Below, one piece after another: positions 52,883 through 64,000 of a stretch of 64,000 nucleotides of DNA. This DNA comes from the human T2T-CHM13v2.0 reference genome, Homo sapiens: assembly GCF_009914755.1 (NCBI RefSeq), contig NC_060931.1, one strand, 5' to 3'. Both the position numbers and the translations under genes were made by a program. The notes under the pieces were generated by a model that was not told the DNA's origin, did no database searches, and saw only the letters and a list, made by a program, of their open reading frames with translations. Numbering within the stretch: the first letter of the stretch is position 1; every line of letters starts with the position of its first letter.

Positions 52883-54539
52883 CTTGCAGGCCACAGGACA
52901 CCTTCTGTCTCTTTAGAGAACTTACATATATCTATTTTGATTCATCTGTAGACTTTATGGTTTAATTTACTGAGAACATTTTCTCTTCCAAGTTCCAAAG
53001 TTATTAACTGAATAAATGGCATATTTTAAAGGTGAATTTTAAAAATTATACACTTAATACATGCTCATTATTAGAAAAGTAGATTAAAAAATCCATAAAT
53101 CTGCTCTCTGGTGAAAACCATAAGTAAATAACATTTTAAGTTGCAGAAATTAAACATAGGACTTTCATCCAGCCACTGTCACATTCTAAATTCCCTCTTC
53201 TCCTTGTTCTTTTTCTTCTTCTCCTTGCCAAAATGCAAATGACATTCTCTTCATTCGGGCTGTCTTTTATGTACACATTACCTATAAAATCCCCACTCCC
53301 TTATTAAATCAAAGGAGTGACTCATTTTATTTCCAGGAGTAAAAGCAGATTCATCCAGGCTTTAACTTCTCAGTCACCCTACCCAACCCCCAGTGTGCCT
53401 CCTGAGAGAAAACTAAATTTTTCAGCTGGCAATTAAATTACTTTTAAATAAACAGTTAATTTTTCATTTGAACAAGTTACTCTCGGCCTTATGTATACAG
53501 ACTCAGTTCTGGCTGTCGTCATCTCCACTATCACTTCCTTGCTCAGTGAAATAATGATCCTCAACTTCCGATTGGCACCACAGAGAATTTGTTTTACATG
53601 AGGGTTTGCAACACAGTGTCACCTAGACACTTCCTTTCACTTCTCCAAGTTTGATTTTCCTCACTTGTAACACAGAGAACACCTTCATTTTCTGTTAAGC
53701 AGGACTGACCCTAAGAATTTTCCTTAGCGTTATAAGAAAATGGATTTTCCCTAGAATGTTTGAGCAATGAATATAGTACAGACTTTAAAAAGCAAGAAAT
53801 GTCTTCCATTTACACACTTAGAGAGGAGTACCCAGGAAAGATTTGGCAGAAGGAGTGGGGCGAGGCATTTCTGCAAGAGGGAGCCCACCTCCCCCACAAA
53901 CGCTGCCATGCCCCTCCATTGGCAGAGACACACATTGGTCTGTGGGAAGGTGCCATTTCTTGGAAGAAATTCATGATCAAATTAAATAGTTTCTTAAGTC
54001 TGGGATTCATGGACATAAATGAACAATATGTGGGTAGTGGTAGACTTTAAACACTAGAAAAATGAAGCTGCTTTGCCCCATGTCTGCCCATCCTAGTGAC
54101 AAGAAGGGGAGTGAGGCCAGGGCCTCCTCCTCCCACCAGGCTCTTCCTTGGGCAGAGGAAGCACAATTTTGACTCAGACAAATAAACCCCCTCGGGACAA
54201 TCAGTCACTGTTTTCTTCATAGCCCTGTTCTAAGAGAACATCAAGTAAGCCCTTCAGAAATGTCCTATTTTAACACTTCCCAGTGGGTTCCCTTTGGTCA
54301 GAGCCCCTCAAGCCGGTCTCATCCTCTGCGACGGCCTATGTATAGTGCTGGTCAGCAGTAACTGAGGGTCAGCATTAGCAGGACTCACAGCAGCGATGGG
54401 AACACCCAACATGGACGCTTTCAGGTTCCTTCTACAGGAAAATGCAGGCACCGTTTTAGAGAGATTTGTAACAAATAGAGCATAACAAAAGGAGTTTCTG
54501 CCTATTTGAAGTGGAATTTTTTATTCTCTAATTATTTCA

Positions 54540-54908
<369 letters not shown>

Positions 54909-55586
54909 TCATCAATATCCACTTGGAAGAGAAGAGAAATGTAGGGAAAAATACCCTTAGTCTCAAAAGCAAGCCCTTTAAACAGTGGGTGCTTACTTTC
55001 CATCTCCTCTATTCCATATGGGTTTAAGAGCTGCAGGCGCAGCCTTTGTGAACACCTGCCTTCTTGACTCTCATGACAGCATGCCCGTGTCTGCATGCTC
55101 TTTCTAACGACAGGACAGTTGGACAGCACGTGGGGCAGAGCCTACTTTTCCTTAAGAGGGGGGTTGCTTTTGTTTTTGCTGTACATGAGATGGCCGTGAG
55201 CGCTGAGGGCCAGCCCTTATGTAGCAGCCTGGTAGCCTTTGTCTCCCACCTCTCTCCCAGCAGAGCCCAGCTAGCCCCACAGGCAGATTCCTCCGGGCCT
55301 CAGCCTTTCCTTCCAGCCTGGGTGGAGAGATGACCAGCTGAAGTGTGTAGCTCCCCACGCCGAAGGACAGCCTTGCCACTGGCCCAGGTGCTGGGCGGGC
55401 TTCTGTGCCTGTCCGGTCCTCAGCAGCCTGCCTTTCTCCCAGCCCCAGTGCCTGGCTTGTCCCCCGAGCAATGAACTCTCAGCGTGTCCCCAGAGGCTGT
55501 CCCCTGGCTGGGTTTTCTGCCTCTGCCCTTGGTGCTGAGCCCCCAGGCTCTGTTGCGTCGCAGAGATTAGAGCTCTGTTCCATGCC

Positions 55587-56048
55587 TGTTGTGGGTTTAC
55601 TGTGTCCTCTCCCAAAGGACAATCAATGTCTATAACTCTGTATCTGTGAATGTGACCTTATTTGGAAATAAGGTCGTCACAGGTGTCATTAGGGTGAGAT
55701 CATAATTCAGTAAGGTGAGCCCTAATCTAACACACTGGCCACGCTCATAAGAAGGGGCTCCCTCGGAGACAGGCACTCACAGAGGGAGACAGTGGGGACA
55801 CGGAGACAAGGCCATGGAGGGTGGAGGTGGAGGCTGGAGGGAGGCACCTACCAGTCCAGGTGCCGAGGCCGCCAGCAACACCAGCTCTGGGAGAGGCAGA
55901 GGGACCCTCCTTGGACCCCCAGCAGGAGCCCAGTGTTGTCTGCACCTGGACCGAGGACTGCTGCCTCCAGCTTGAGAGAATAACTGTCCACTGCTTCAAG
56001 CCCCCAGCTTGTGGCCCTTTGTGCAGACCGCCCCTCCCCTGGAGACCC
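55587..56048 (+). mobile_element. MLT1 (MaLR) LTR, MLT1C-like
   Basis: TCTGTGAATGTGACCTTATTTGGAAATAAGGTC...GCCCTAATCTAA...GCCAGCAACACCAG...GAGAGAATAA..CTGCTTCAAGCC. Confidence 0.85.
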
Positions 56049-57197
56049 TGGCAGTGCCCTAGGGTCAGGTCACTGTCAGCAGAGATCCCCCATCGACATT
56101 CAGCTGCATCGGGCTCACAGCCCACCTCTCACTCACTAGGCCAATAGGCACCTGCGGCTGGCTTCACTAAGCCCCTCTGGGGCTCAAGCTTCTCCCTTTC
56201 CCACAGGGACATGGCCACTTACTCCGCGGGAGACAGGAGCACAGGAGGCGCTGTGCCTGCCAGGACCGCAGCTCCTTTTCCTCCTTCCCACACCACAGTT
56301 TCTCTGACAGGAGACCACCCCTCCCACACACCAGCTCCCATGGCCTCTGGAGCTCCTGCGATGGGGCCGCCCGTGGGCTCCCAGGGCACCACTCACTGGG
56401 ATGCTGATTTGGGGCTTGGCTGGGCTCTTTCCACAGTCCCTGAGATCGCCAGACCCAGGCAGACCTGTGGCCTCTGTTCCTGCTCTGTGCACTGAGCCCC
56501 CACTTCCCCAGGTGGTCCTGGAGGACATCTCCCTCCCAGTGAAGCTGTGGACCCGCCCAGGAAAGGAACGTGCCCCAGGCAGTGGGGCAGAGGGTCCAGG
56601 TGTTCACACCCAGGGATCAGCTCATGTTAGGGGTAGGACCACGTAGCAGTGGGGACAGAGGGATCAGAGGTGCTGCCTGTTACCCTTCTCCTCCCAAAGG
56701 AACATGCCCAGGCTCTGGGAAGTGGGTACCTCCCCAAGGCTGCCCCACCTCCCTTGGGGCAGAGCCCACATCTAGACCGGTCCTCAGTGCTTTGGTCCAG
56801 GAACATGGAAAGAGGCAAGAAGAAGCAAGGCCAGTCCACTGAGGTGGGCTAGGCAGGTAAGAGGTCACTGGCCTGGGGACACACCTGTACCAGACCAGAC
56901 AGGGACAGGGTTGGGGGGCTGCCTGCAGCCGGGTGTCCCAGGCCTCGGGCGCAGAGTGCACAGGCATTTTGGTGATGATGACCTGAATCTGAGTGAACGG
57001 TTTTATTTTGGGGAAGCGTTTCTTCTTCTTGCTGGGGAAGGATTAATGTCGCGGTGGGTGAGAGGTAACCGCAGAGTGAGAGCAGAGGGCCCAGGGCAGC
57101 CGCCATACCCGGAGCCTGAGTATCGGGGCTTCCCAGGACCTGGCTGAGTGACAGCCAGCAGAGCCCCTGCCGTCCAATCACAGGGCGGGGGTGGCAC

Positions 57198-57333
57198 CTG
57201 GCGGTGCCTGGGGGCGTCCCTGGGGACCCTCGCCTCAGGCGGCACGCTGACTTCTTGGGGTGCTCGCCGGTATGGATCCTACAGCGGATGATCCAAGGTC
57301 CCCCGTGTGCGTGAAGTCCCGGGGCCATCCTGA
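57198..57333 (-). ncRNA. Candidate internal exon of the minus-strand lncRNA
   Basis: Acceptor CTCATTTTCCTTTCATCATGTCTCAG|TCAG (second AG at 57330-57331); donor CAG|GTGCCA at 57197, with alternatives near 57251 or 56885; CpG-rich. Confidence 0.4.
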
Positions 57334-57800
57334 CTGAGACATGATGAAAGGAAAATGAGTGTGTTGTCGTTTTCCAAAAACACCTTATGTCGAGATGCTA
57401 TCACCAAAAAGAACATTTCTCACGCTAAGCACCGGAAGCCAGGCGCTCTGCCGAAGGCATCGGCAGCTGCCCTGCACTCTGCACGGTATGGGTGGGGTGA
57501 GATGCGGGGCTGAGCAGACTCCGGATTCCTGGATGGGTGCAGGGAAGGAAGGGTGGTACCCCCAGCCCAACCCACCCCAGCCCAGCCCAGCTCCTCCCTT
57601 CCTGGGAGGCGAAGGGACCCTCCATCCATCCCTTCTCCCCCCTGCACTCCCTCACCCTCCCCTGGCACCGCCCTCCCCACCCCAGCACCTTCCTGAGGCA
57701 CTCATTCTCCCCAGCACCCAGGGGCTGACCTAGCACCCACTGTCTCCGGGATTTGGGATGGCAGAACGGAAGTCCACGGGTGGGTATTACTGTTCACAGG

Positions 57801-58171
57801 CCTGTTTAGTCAAGGCAGGGTAGTGGGACTGGAATGAGTAAGGTGAGTTAAATGGATTCCCAGATAGGATGCTGCTTTGAAAATACACATTTCTGAATGC
57901 AGGATCACGTACATAGTTTCCATATTCAGCAGGTACTTTCACAATTGCGATGTTGTTGTTTTGGGGGTGGGGAGACTGTTGATTTTTCCTTTTAATTACA
58001 TAAATAAACCATGCTCCTTGCTGGGAAAAAAATGAAAAAAAAAATACAGGAAAACACCTCTCCTGAATCCATCTTTAGGCAATTACTTTGATTTTTGAAA
58101 ATACAAATGCTTTGCATGGTGAAAGTTTCCGCTTTGCCCCTAAAGGAAAGCAGCCTGGTGGATGCGGCTTG
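57801..58171 (+). repeat. Inverted duplication, left arm (~370 bp)
   Basis: Reverse complement of 58982-59358 at roughly 80-85% identity by eye; not an Alu. Confidence 0.93.
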
Positions 58172-58981
58172 GTTTCCACAGAAGCTCGGTCTGCACCCTG
58201 CCTGTGCACCTGGAGCCAGGGCGAATGCACTTGGATGGAGAGAGGGAAGCTGCAGTTCGAATTAAACAGACCGTATTTGTAAAGTGGTTTGAAGATGAAA
58301 AGCCCCGTAGAAGTTATGGTTGTCATTACCATGAATAATGGATGCGCCCAGGCAGCCAAATGGAACATTGATGCCCGGAGTCAAAGCCCCCGCACATCTT
58401 TCAGGTGCAATTATCTGTGGCCTGGCCTCGGCGGTGTGCCTCGCGATGGGATCCCTACACCTTGCTGGGGTAAGAAGTTAGGCCTCAAAGATTTCTCAGC
58501 ACAGAGAGCAGGAGAGTTTCTCAGGAGGCAGGGCTCGGGGTCGGCCTCCCTGTTTCTTGTCCCCCGTTGTGTTGTCGCCTCCAGACAGGAACCCCGGCCA
58601 CAGCAGCCCCTGGGCCCCCCAGACACAGGGCACGCTCCTCCTGCAGGAGGCCTGCCTGGTGGGTCTCAACGTCGTTGCATCCTCCACTGACTCCTTGGGG
58701 CACCCACTTTCCGGATAGGCCCTGGGGGAATGAACCTGGGGACAGGGCTGCTTGCTCCTGGTGAGAGTCCCACGGGGAAGCTGGGGAAACAACAGCTGGC
58801 TCAGGGCAACCCTACTCCAGAGCACTCCCACTTCCTTTTGGAACTCTCTGCTCTGTTCTGCCCATGTCCGTGGACACCACCCGTCCTGGGCATGCTGTAA
58901 CCTTGCCGGCAGAGCTGTGGGGATGCTGGGCAGAGCGACTGGACTGAAGCTGTGCGCCTCCTCTGGGAATCTGGATCATTT

Positions 58982-59358
58982 CAAGCCGGATCCACCAGGC
59001 TGCTTTCCTTTAGGAGGAAAGAGGAACTTCCACAATGCAAAGCATTTGTATTTTCAAAAATCAAAGTAATTTTCTAAAGATGGATTCAGGAGAGGTATTT
59101 TCTTGTATGGTTTTTTTTTTTCATTTTTTTCCCAGCAAGGAGCATGGTTTGTTTATGTAATTAGAAAAATCAACAGTCTCCCCCCTCCCAAAACAACAAC
59201 ATCACCGATGTGAAGAGTACCTGCTGAGCATGGAAAGCAGGGGCATGAGCCTGCATTCAAACATGCATATTTTCACAGCAGCATCCTATCTGGGATCTGT
59301 TTTCATTCACCTTGAGTTAATTCATTCCAATCCCACTACCCTGCCTTGACTACACAGG
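58982..59358 (-). repeat. Inverted duplication, right arm
   Basis: For example, GCAAAGCATTTGTATTTTCAAAAATCAAAGTAATT pairs with AATTACTTTGATTTTTGAAAATACAAATGCTTTGC (58081-58115). Confidence 0.93.
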
Positions 59359-60575
59359 GTGGTGGGATTGGTCCAGATTCCCACTGGATCAGTTGGCTGA
59401 AATAACCAGCCACTTCTTGAGCTCACAGGGACTTGAGGTGGGGTTACAGGCACTGAGAGGTATCTGCAAACTGGGGGTCTCAGCAATGCTGGGACTAGGG
59501 AAGGCAGGGGCCAGGGAAGGGGGATCCTTGGGACCAGACAGATTCTGTGTAGTCACTAGTTTATACCATGGCCTCAGGACAGGGCATCCTTTACTTTCTC
59601 TAAAACTTGGCCCAGTGAAGGTGCGTTTTTATTGTGCTTTATGCCTGAGGACAGTGAGCGCTGGGTAGGATGGGCCAGGGAAGGATCCTTAAGAAAGTCT
59701 GAGAGGCAGTTGTGGCCTCTTCTCGGCTCACACGTTGGGAACTTTGAACACAAGGAGGGCACAAGCCAGAGGTGGAGGTGTCAGGTGGCTTCAGGGATGG
59801 CCACTGGTCTCACCGTAATTATTTGAGAAGAATTAATCCCCCCCCCCAGGAAAGCCTTATCCAAGGGCTCTGCACAGACAGGGTTCTGCAGGTATTAGCT
59901 GAACAATGATATTTTGCCCAAAGCCTTCTTTCTGTGAATTGCACACATGTGGATGTTTATATTTTTCTGCTGGAAGGTGGGAGCATGGAAACAGTTAAAA
60001 TTGTCTGTAGGAAAATCTCATGATTTTCACCCTGATGTTTGGCACTGTCCCTACCACAATCGTAGAGTCGGTTTATCAGATCTTTCAGAGAGCCCAGATC
60101 CTTGAGTGAAACAGAACTGCTTGCTGCAGGTAAACATCGAGGGTGAGTAACGACCGCTGCGCCCGTTATCCAGAGCGAGACTTTGTTCATCTGGACTCCA
60201 GTGTTTCTCAGCCCTTCATCCGCCCCACCTGGAAGTGAGTGAAGATGAGCCACCTTCCAAACTTCCCAGCCACAGACAGGAATTTGCCTCCTCAAAAGGC
60301 TGCTCCAGCCAGAGGAGGTCCCCAGTAAGGAGGAAGGAGGGTGTCTGGGTGGCTATGAAGCAGCAAGCTTCACACCCACCGGGGCCCGTGTGCATCCTGA
60401 GGGCAGCCGTGGTCTTCTGTTGAGGCCGATCATTTGTGTGTATGGTTGAAGGCCTCAGTCATGAGACACCTCCAGTTCTTCTCATCTAGGAAGATCGGCT
60501 TCGAAGAGCCTCAAAACCCTTCTCAGGAAACAGAATGCCAGTGGCCGGGGAACACTGGACAGTGTGGGCTCTCAC

Positions 60576-60713
60576 CCCCTGCACTTCGGGGGTCCCACGA
60601 GGGGCACTCGGAAGGCCTCGCTGCAGTCTCAAGGCCAGCAAGTGTCAAGCAGCAATTGGAACCTGGCCTCCTGCTCCCTGGCTCAAGGCACTGCCGAAGT
60701 CCATGTCTCTGGG
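60576..60713 (-). ncRNA. Candidate internal exon (138 nt) of the minus-strand lncRNA
   Basis: Strong acceptor TGTGTTTATTTCCTCCGCTTTCAG|CCC and donor GGG|GTGAGA. Confidence 0.5.
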
Positions 60714-61210
60714 CTGAAAGCGGAGGAAATAAACACACAAGGAAGGTGTCCCACGGGAAAGTGGGGGCAGCAGAAGCAGGTGCCCCGAGGGTCATGGTTG
60801 CTTCCAGAATGGCAGAAGGGGTGACCCAGGCCCCGGCATCGATCAACTCCATCTGTCCTTACACCCACCCTGCATGCGACCCAGGGCGTCACTCGTGTTT
60901 TGCAGATGCGGAAGCCGGGGTCAAGAGGGCTCATTAACTGCTTGAGTCACATCCCTTGTACGAGGCAGCATGGAGGCTCAGAATCGGCACCCCTATCCCA
61001 CTCCTTGGGCAGGGAACTCAGCCAAGAGGTGCCAAGTCGGCTCCAGCCAGAGGGACACACACTGCTCTCTGGCTCCTCCTGAGTTTCGGGGTCCCAAGAA
61101 CCATGGCAGGCAGGTCCCTGTGAAGACTGCACGCCCTCTCCTACCCTGCACTCTTCTGCACCTTTGGTGGTGGGCAGCATGCAGACTGCAATGAAAACGC
61201 TGCAGGTTTA

Positions 61211-61525
<315 letters not shown>

Positions 61526-61729
61526 CTAGTCCAGTGCATCTGTGACAGGCAGCACGGCCCTGTTCGCAGACTCAAAATGCATATTTGTATGGTAAAGCTC
61601 TGAAAAATCTTGCAGAAAGAATCCTGCTTAGATTGTGTTTAATGCAGCATCTCTATGGTTCAAGGAAGAGCTATTTGTGGGCCACAGAACCACAAGTGTT
61701 AAGGATATCTGGGGGTCCTGGCTGACAAC

Positions 61730-61945
61730 ATAGACTTTGGAGTCAGAGCTTTGTGTAAATCTTGCTTCTGCTGTGCAATCTGAACAAGGTATTCAACCCC
61801 TCTGGGTCTCAGGTTTCTCATGCACAAAATGCGGATAATAAAATCCATGTTTGGTGTTGCTCAGGATTAAATAATAGGTGTAAGACACTTGGCATGGAGC
61901 TTTGCACATAGTAAATACTTAACAAATGCTGTCTGTTATTCTTCA
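61730..61945 (+). mobile_element. MIR
   Basis: GACTTTGGAGTCAGA...CTCAGGTTTCTCATGCACAAAATGCGGATAATA...AGGATTAAAT...GCACATAGTAAATACTTAACAAATG. Confidence 0.85.
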
Positions 61946-62644
61946 TATTCTTTATTATTCATATCAATAGGATTGATAATTAAATGGAAAAGTCCGCATT
62001 TGAAAGTCAGGGTCATTTTATTCTCGTTCAGCCTCTATCTGGGATGTTTGGAAGTGGTCTCGGTGACTTTCAAAGACTATTTGGAATTAACAACCCTCTC
62101 TCCTTGCCCAGGTACTTGGCTTCAATGTAAGCAATGAAGTCAGAATTAATAAGAAATGGCAGCACTTTCTTCCTCTGAGTATTAACAGTTTTGAGAAAAT
62201 GGTTGAACTATTCTAGCATTTAATAGTTAGATGGGACACGCTCATTTATATTTCAAGGAAACTCCAAGTCCTCAGTGCATAATTAAGATAATAGCACTGT
62301 GAGACCCGAGGTATGATTGAAGAGTCCATGCAAAGGTGCCTGGCCGGGCATGGCTCTGCTGCCCACGAAGCCTCTGCTCCTCCACTCCCTGGAACAGCCC
62401 GTAATTAGCGCCTGATTTATTTCTCCTCGCTCTCATTTCCAGCCTAATAGATTTCACTAGTTATTAGTTTCAGCCATCTTTCCAGCCAGCTGAGGTTGGA
62501 TGTGTCATTTTGCTTTTGTGTTCATGGTGATGCCTGAAAGTTGAGGTCTTCATGATTGGAGAAGTTTAGAGGAGGAGTCCGTCTTCCCAGCCCTTGCGGA
62601 CAGTCTGCTGACCAGTACTATGGTGACTGCTGGCCTGTGCTATG

Positions 62645-62890
62645 GATTAGGATAATGCTAGCAGCTGTTGGAAACAACACAAACCTCCAAATCCCAGTTG
62701 CTTGACACCACGGGAACTTACGTATTGCTTGTGTCAGTGCACGATGCAGGTGTCCCTACAGTGGGAAGCTGAGCCACCTGTGGCATTCAGGGATCCCATC
62801 TTCTTCCTTCCTATAGCTGTGTGGTGCTGTAGAGCAGGGGACAGCCTCTTCTGAGCCATGCAGCTGGGAGCACTGCACACCGCTATGCTC
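62645..62890 (-). mobile_element. Old MLT1 (J/K-like) LTR remnant
   Basis: TTAGGATAATGCTAGC.GCTG...CCTCCAAATCCCAGT.GCTT...CATTCAGGGATCC. Confidence 0.5.
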
Positions 62891-62897
62891 ATTCCCT

Positions 62898-63307
62898 TTG
62901 TTAGTCCCTTCTAGCATGGCCATAAACGATAGCTGAGACTGGGTAACTTATAAGGAAAAGCAGTTTAATTGGCTCTTGGTCCCCAGGCCGTATGCGAAGC
63001 AAGGTGTCTTCTGCCTCTGGGGAGGGCCTCAAGGAGCTTCTGATCATGGCAGAAGGCGAAGTGGGAGCAGGCGCCTTACATGGCAGGAGCAGGAGCAGGA
63101 GAGAGGCGGGAGGTGCCACACACTTCAAACAGCCAGATCTCAGGAGAACTCACTCACCGTTGGGAGATCAGCACCGAGGGGATGGCACTAAACCACTAGG
63201 GAGAAACCGACCCGGGATCCAGTCACTCCCACCAGGCCCCGCCTCCAACACTGGGGTCACAACGCCACATGAGATTGGGGCAGGGACATAGATCCAAACC
63301 ATGTCAC
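62898..63307 (-). mobile_element. MST (MaLR) solo LTR
   Basis: CTGAGACTGGGTAACTTATAAGGAAAAG..GTTTAATTGGCTC...CATGGCAGAAGGCGAAG...CACATGAGATT...ATCCAAACCATGTCA. Confidence 0.9.
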
Positions 63308-64000
63308 ACCCGCCGGCACACGCCCCACAGGGCAGGGGGTCTGGAAAGCCCGGGGCAGCAGCCTCTTCTACAGCAACACGTCCAGTGGTAGGGGCGTGGC
63401 TTTGGGTGGGCGCCGCCATGTCCGGTGCTCTCTGCCAGGCAGCCAGCGAGGGCCTTTGTGCTCATGTTCTTCTTGCTTCCCTCCTCTGCCTGCACCTGGG
63501 CTGCTCTGGCCTCAAGGACACCCCCCTCCTTGTCTGCCACACTGCCCACGCTCACCTCCATTAGCGCTCCAGGTCCCCAAGCTTCTGATGGGCTCTATGT
63601 TATCATATTAACCAGAAGTGAAGAGTTAGGAAGAATCTGCCTTTCTGACCAGCATTGTTTTACTCCCTCTTCAGTGTGAAATGCCTAGAACTGACCTCTG
63701 AAGAGAAGCACCAAGGCTGAAGTGTGGGGCAGAGGAGGCAGAGAATAGGACCCTGTCCAGCTGTGGGGAAATGCAGGTGGACTCCCAGGGGTGGTGACAG
63801 CATGTGGCCCTGGGGCTGTGGGTGAGGGCGGAGGGACAGGACCCCAGCTATGTCTGACAGTCCACAGCCCTGGCAAGACCAAATGCAGCCACACCTTGCT
63901 TCTTCATTCGCAAGCTCGGAGATACTGGGGAATTAGCCCATTCATTCTTCTAAGTATTGGTGACAGAAAAAAGTCAGGTACAGACAGAAATGAAGGAAGG

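Noticed and set aside
57255-57285. RIHTGEHP resembles the C2H2 zinc-finger linker HTGEKP
   Set aside because: No C-x2-C...H-x3-H spacing and no tandem fingers; coincidental.

Overview
This is human/primate euchromatic genomic DNA, not prokaryotic. It is GC-rich, repeat-dense and has no supportable protein-coding gene; the long six-frame ORFs trace to VNTRs, Alus, L1 remnants or GC-rich chance. Interspersed repeats include about 11 Alus, a ~9 kb decayed minus-strand L1M carrying nested MER44A, Tigger3b and Alu insertions, a second L1 fragment, solo MaLR/ERVL LTRs (THE1, MST, MLT1, MLT2), L2, MIR, MER5A, MER53, MER58A and a Charlie remnant. Four minisatellites are present (29, 90, ~60 and 40 bp units). 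Splice and poly(A) signals suggest the 3' part of a spliced minus-strand lncRNA, with candidate exons at 60576-60713, 57198-57333 and 34505-34812 and a terminal exon at ~33083-33476. From memory it may be the 3' region of MIR4435-2HG/MORRBID (2q13), but I cannot verify this. The most notable structures are: a ~370 bp non-Alu inverted duplication inside one putative intron; a 40-bp VNTR that replaces an Alu 3' end and carries 10 MRE cores; a G-rich, AGCT-dense, switch-like 29-bp VNTR present as expanded and unexpanded paralogs; and an in-frame spliced small ORF across the candidate exons. I see no convincing new biological system; these are testable hypotheses. Repeat subfamily names come from recalled consensus sequences and need RepeatMasker/Dfam confirmation.
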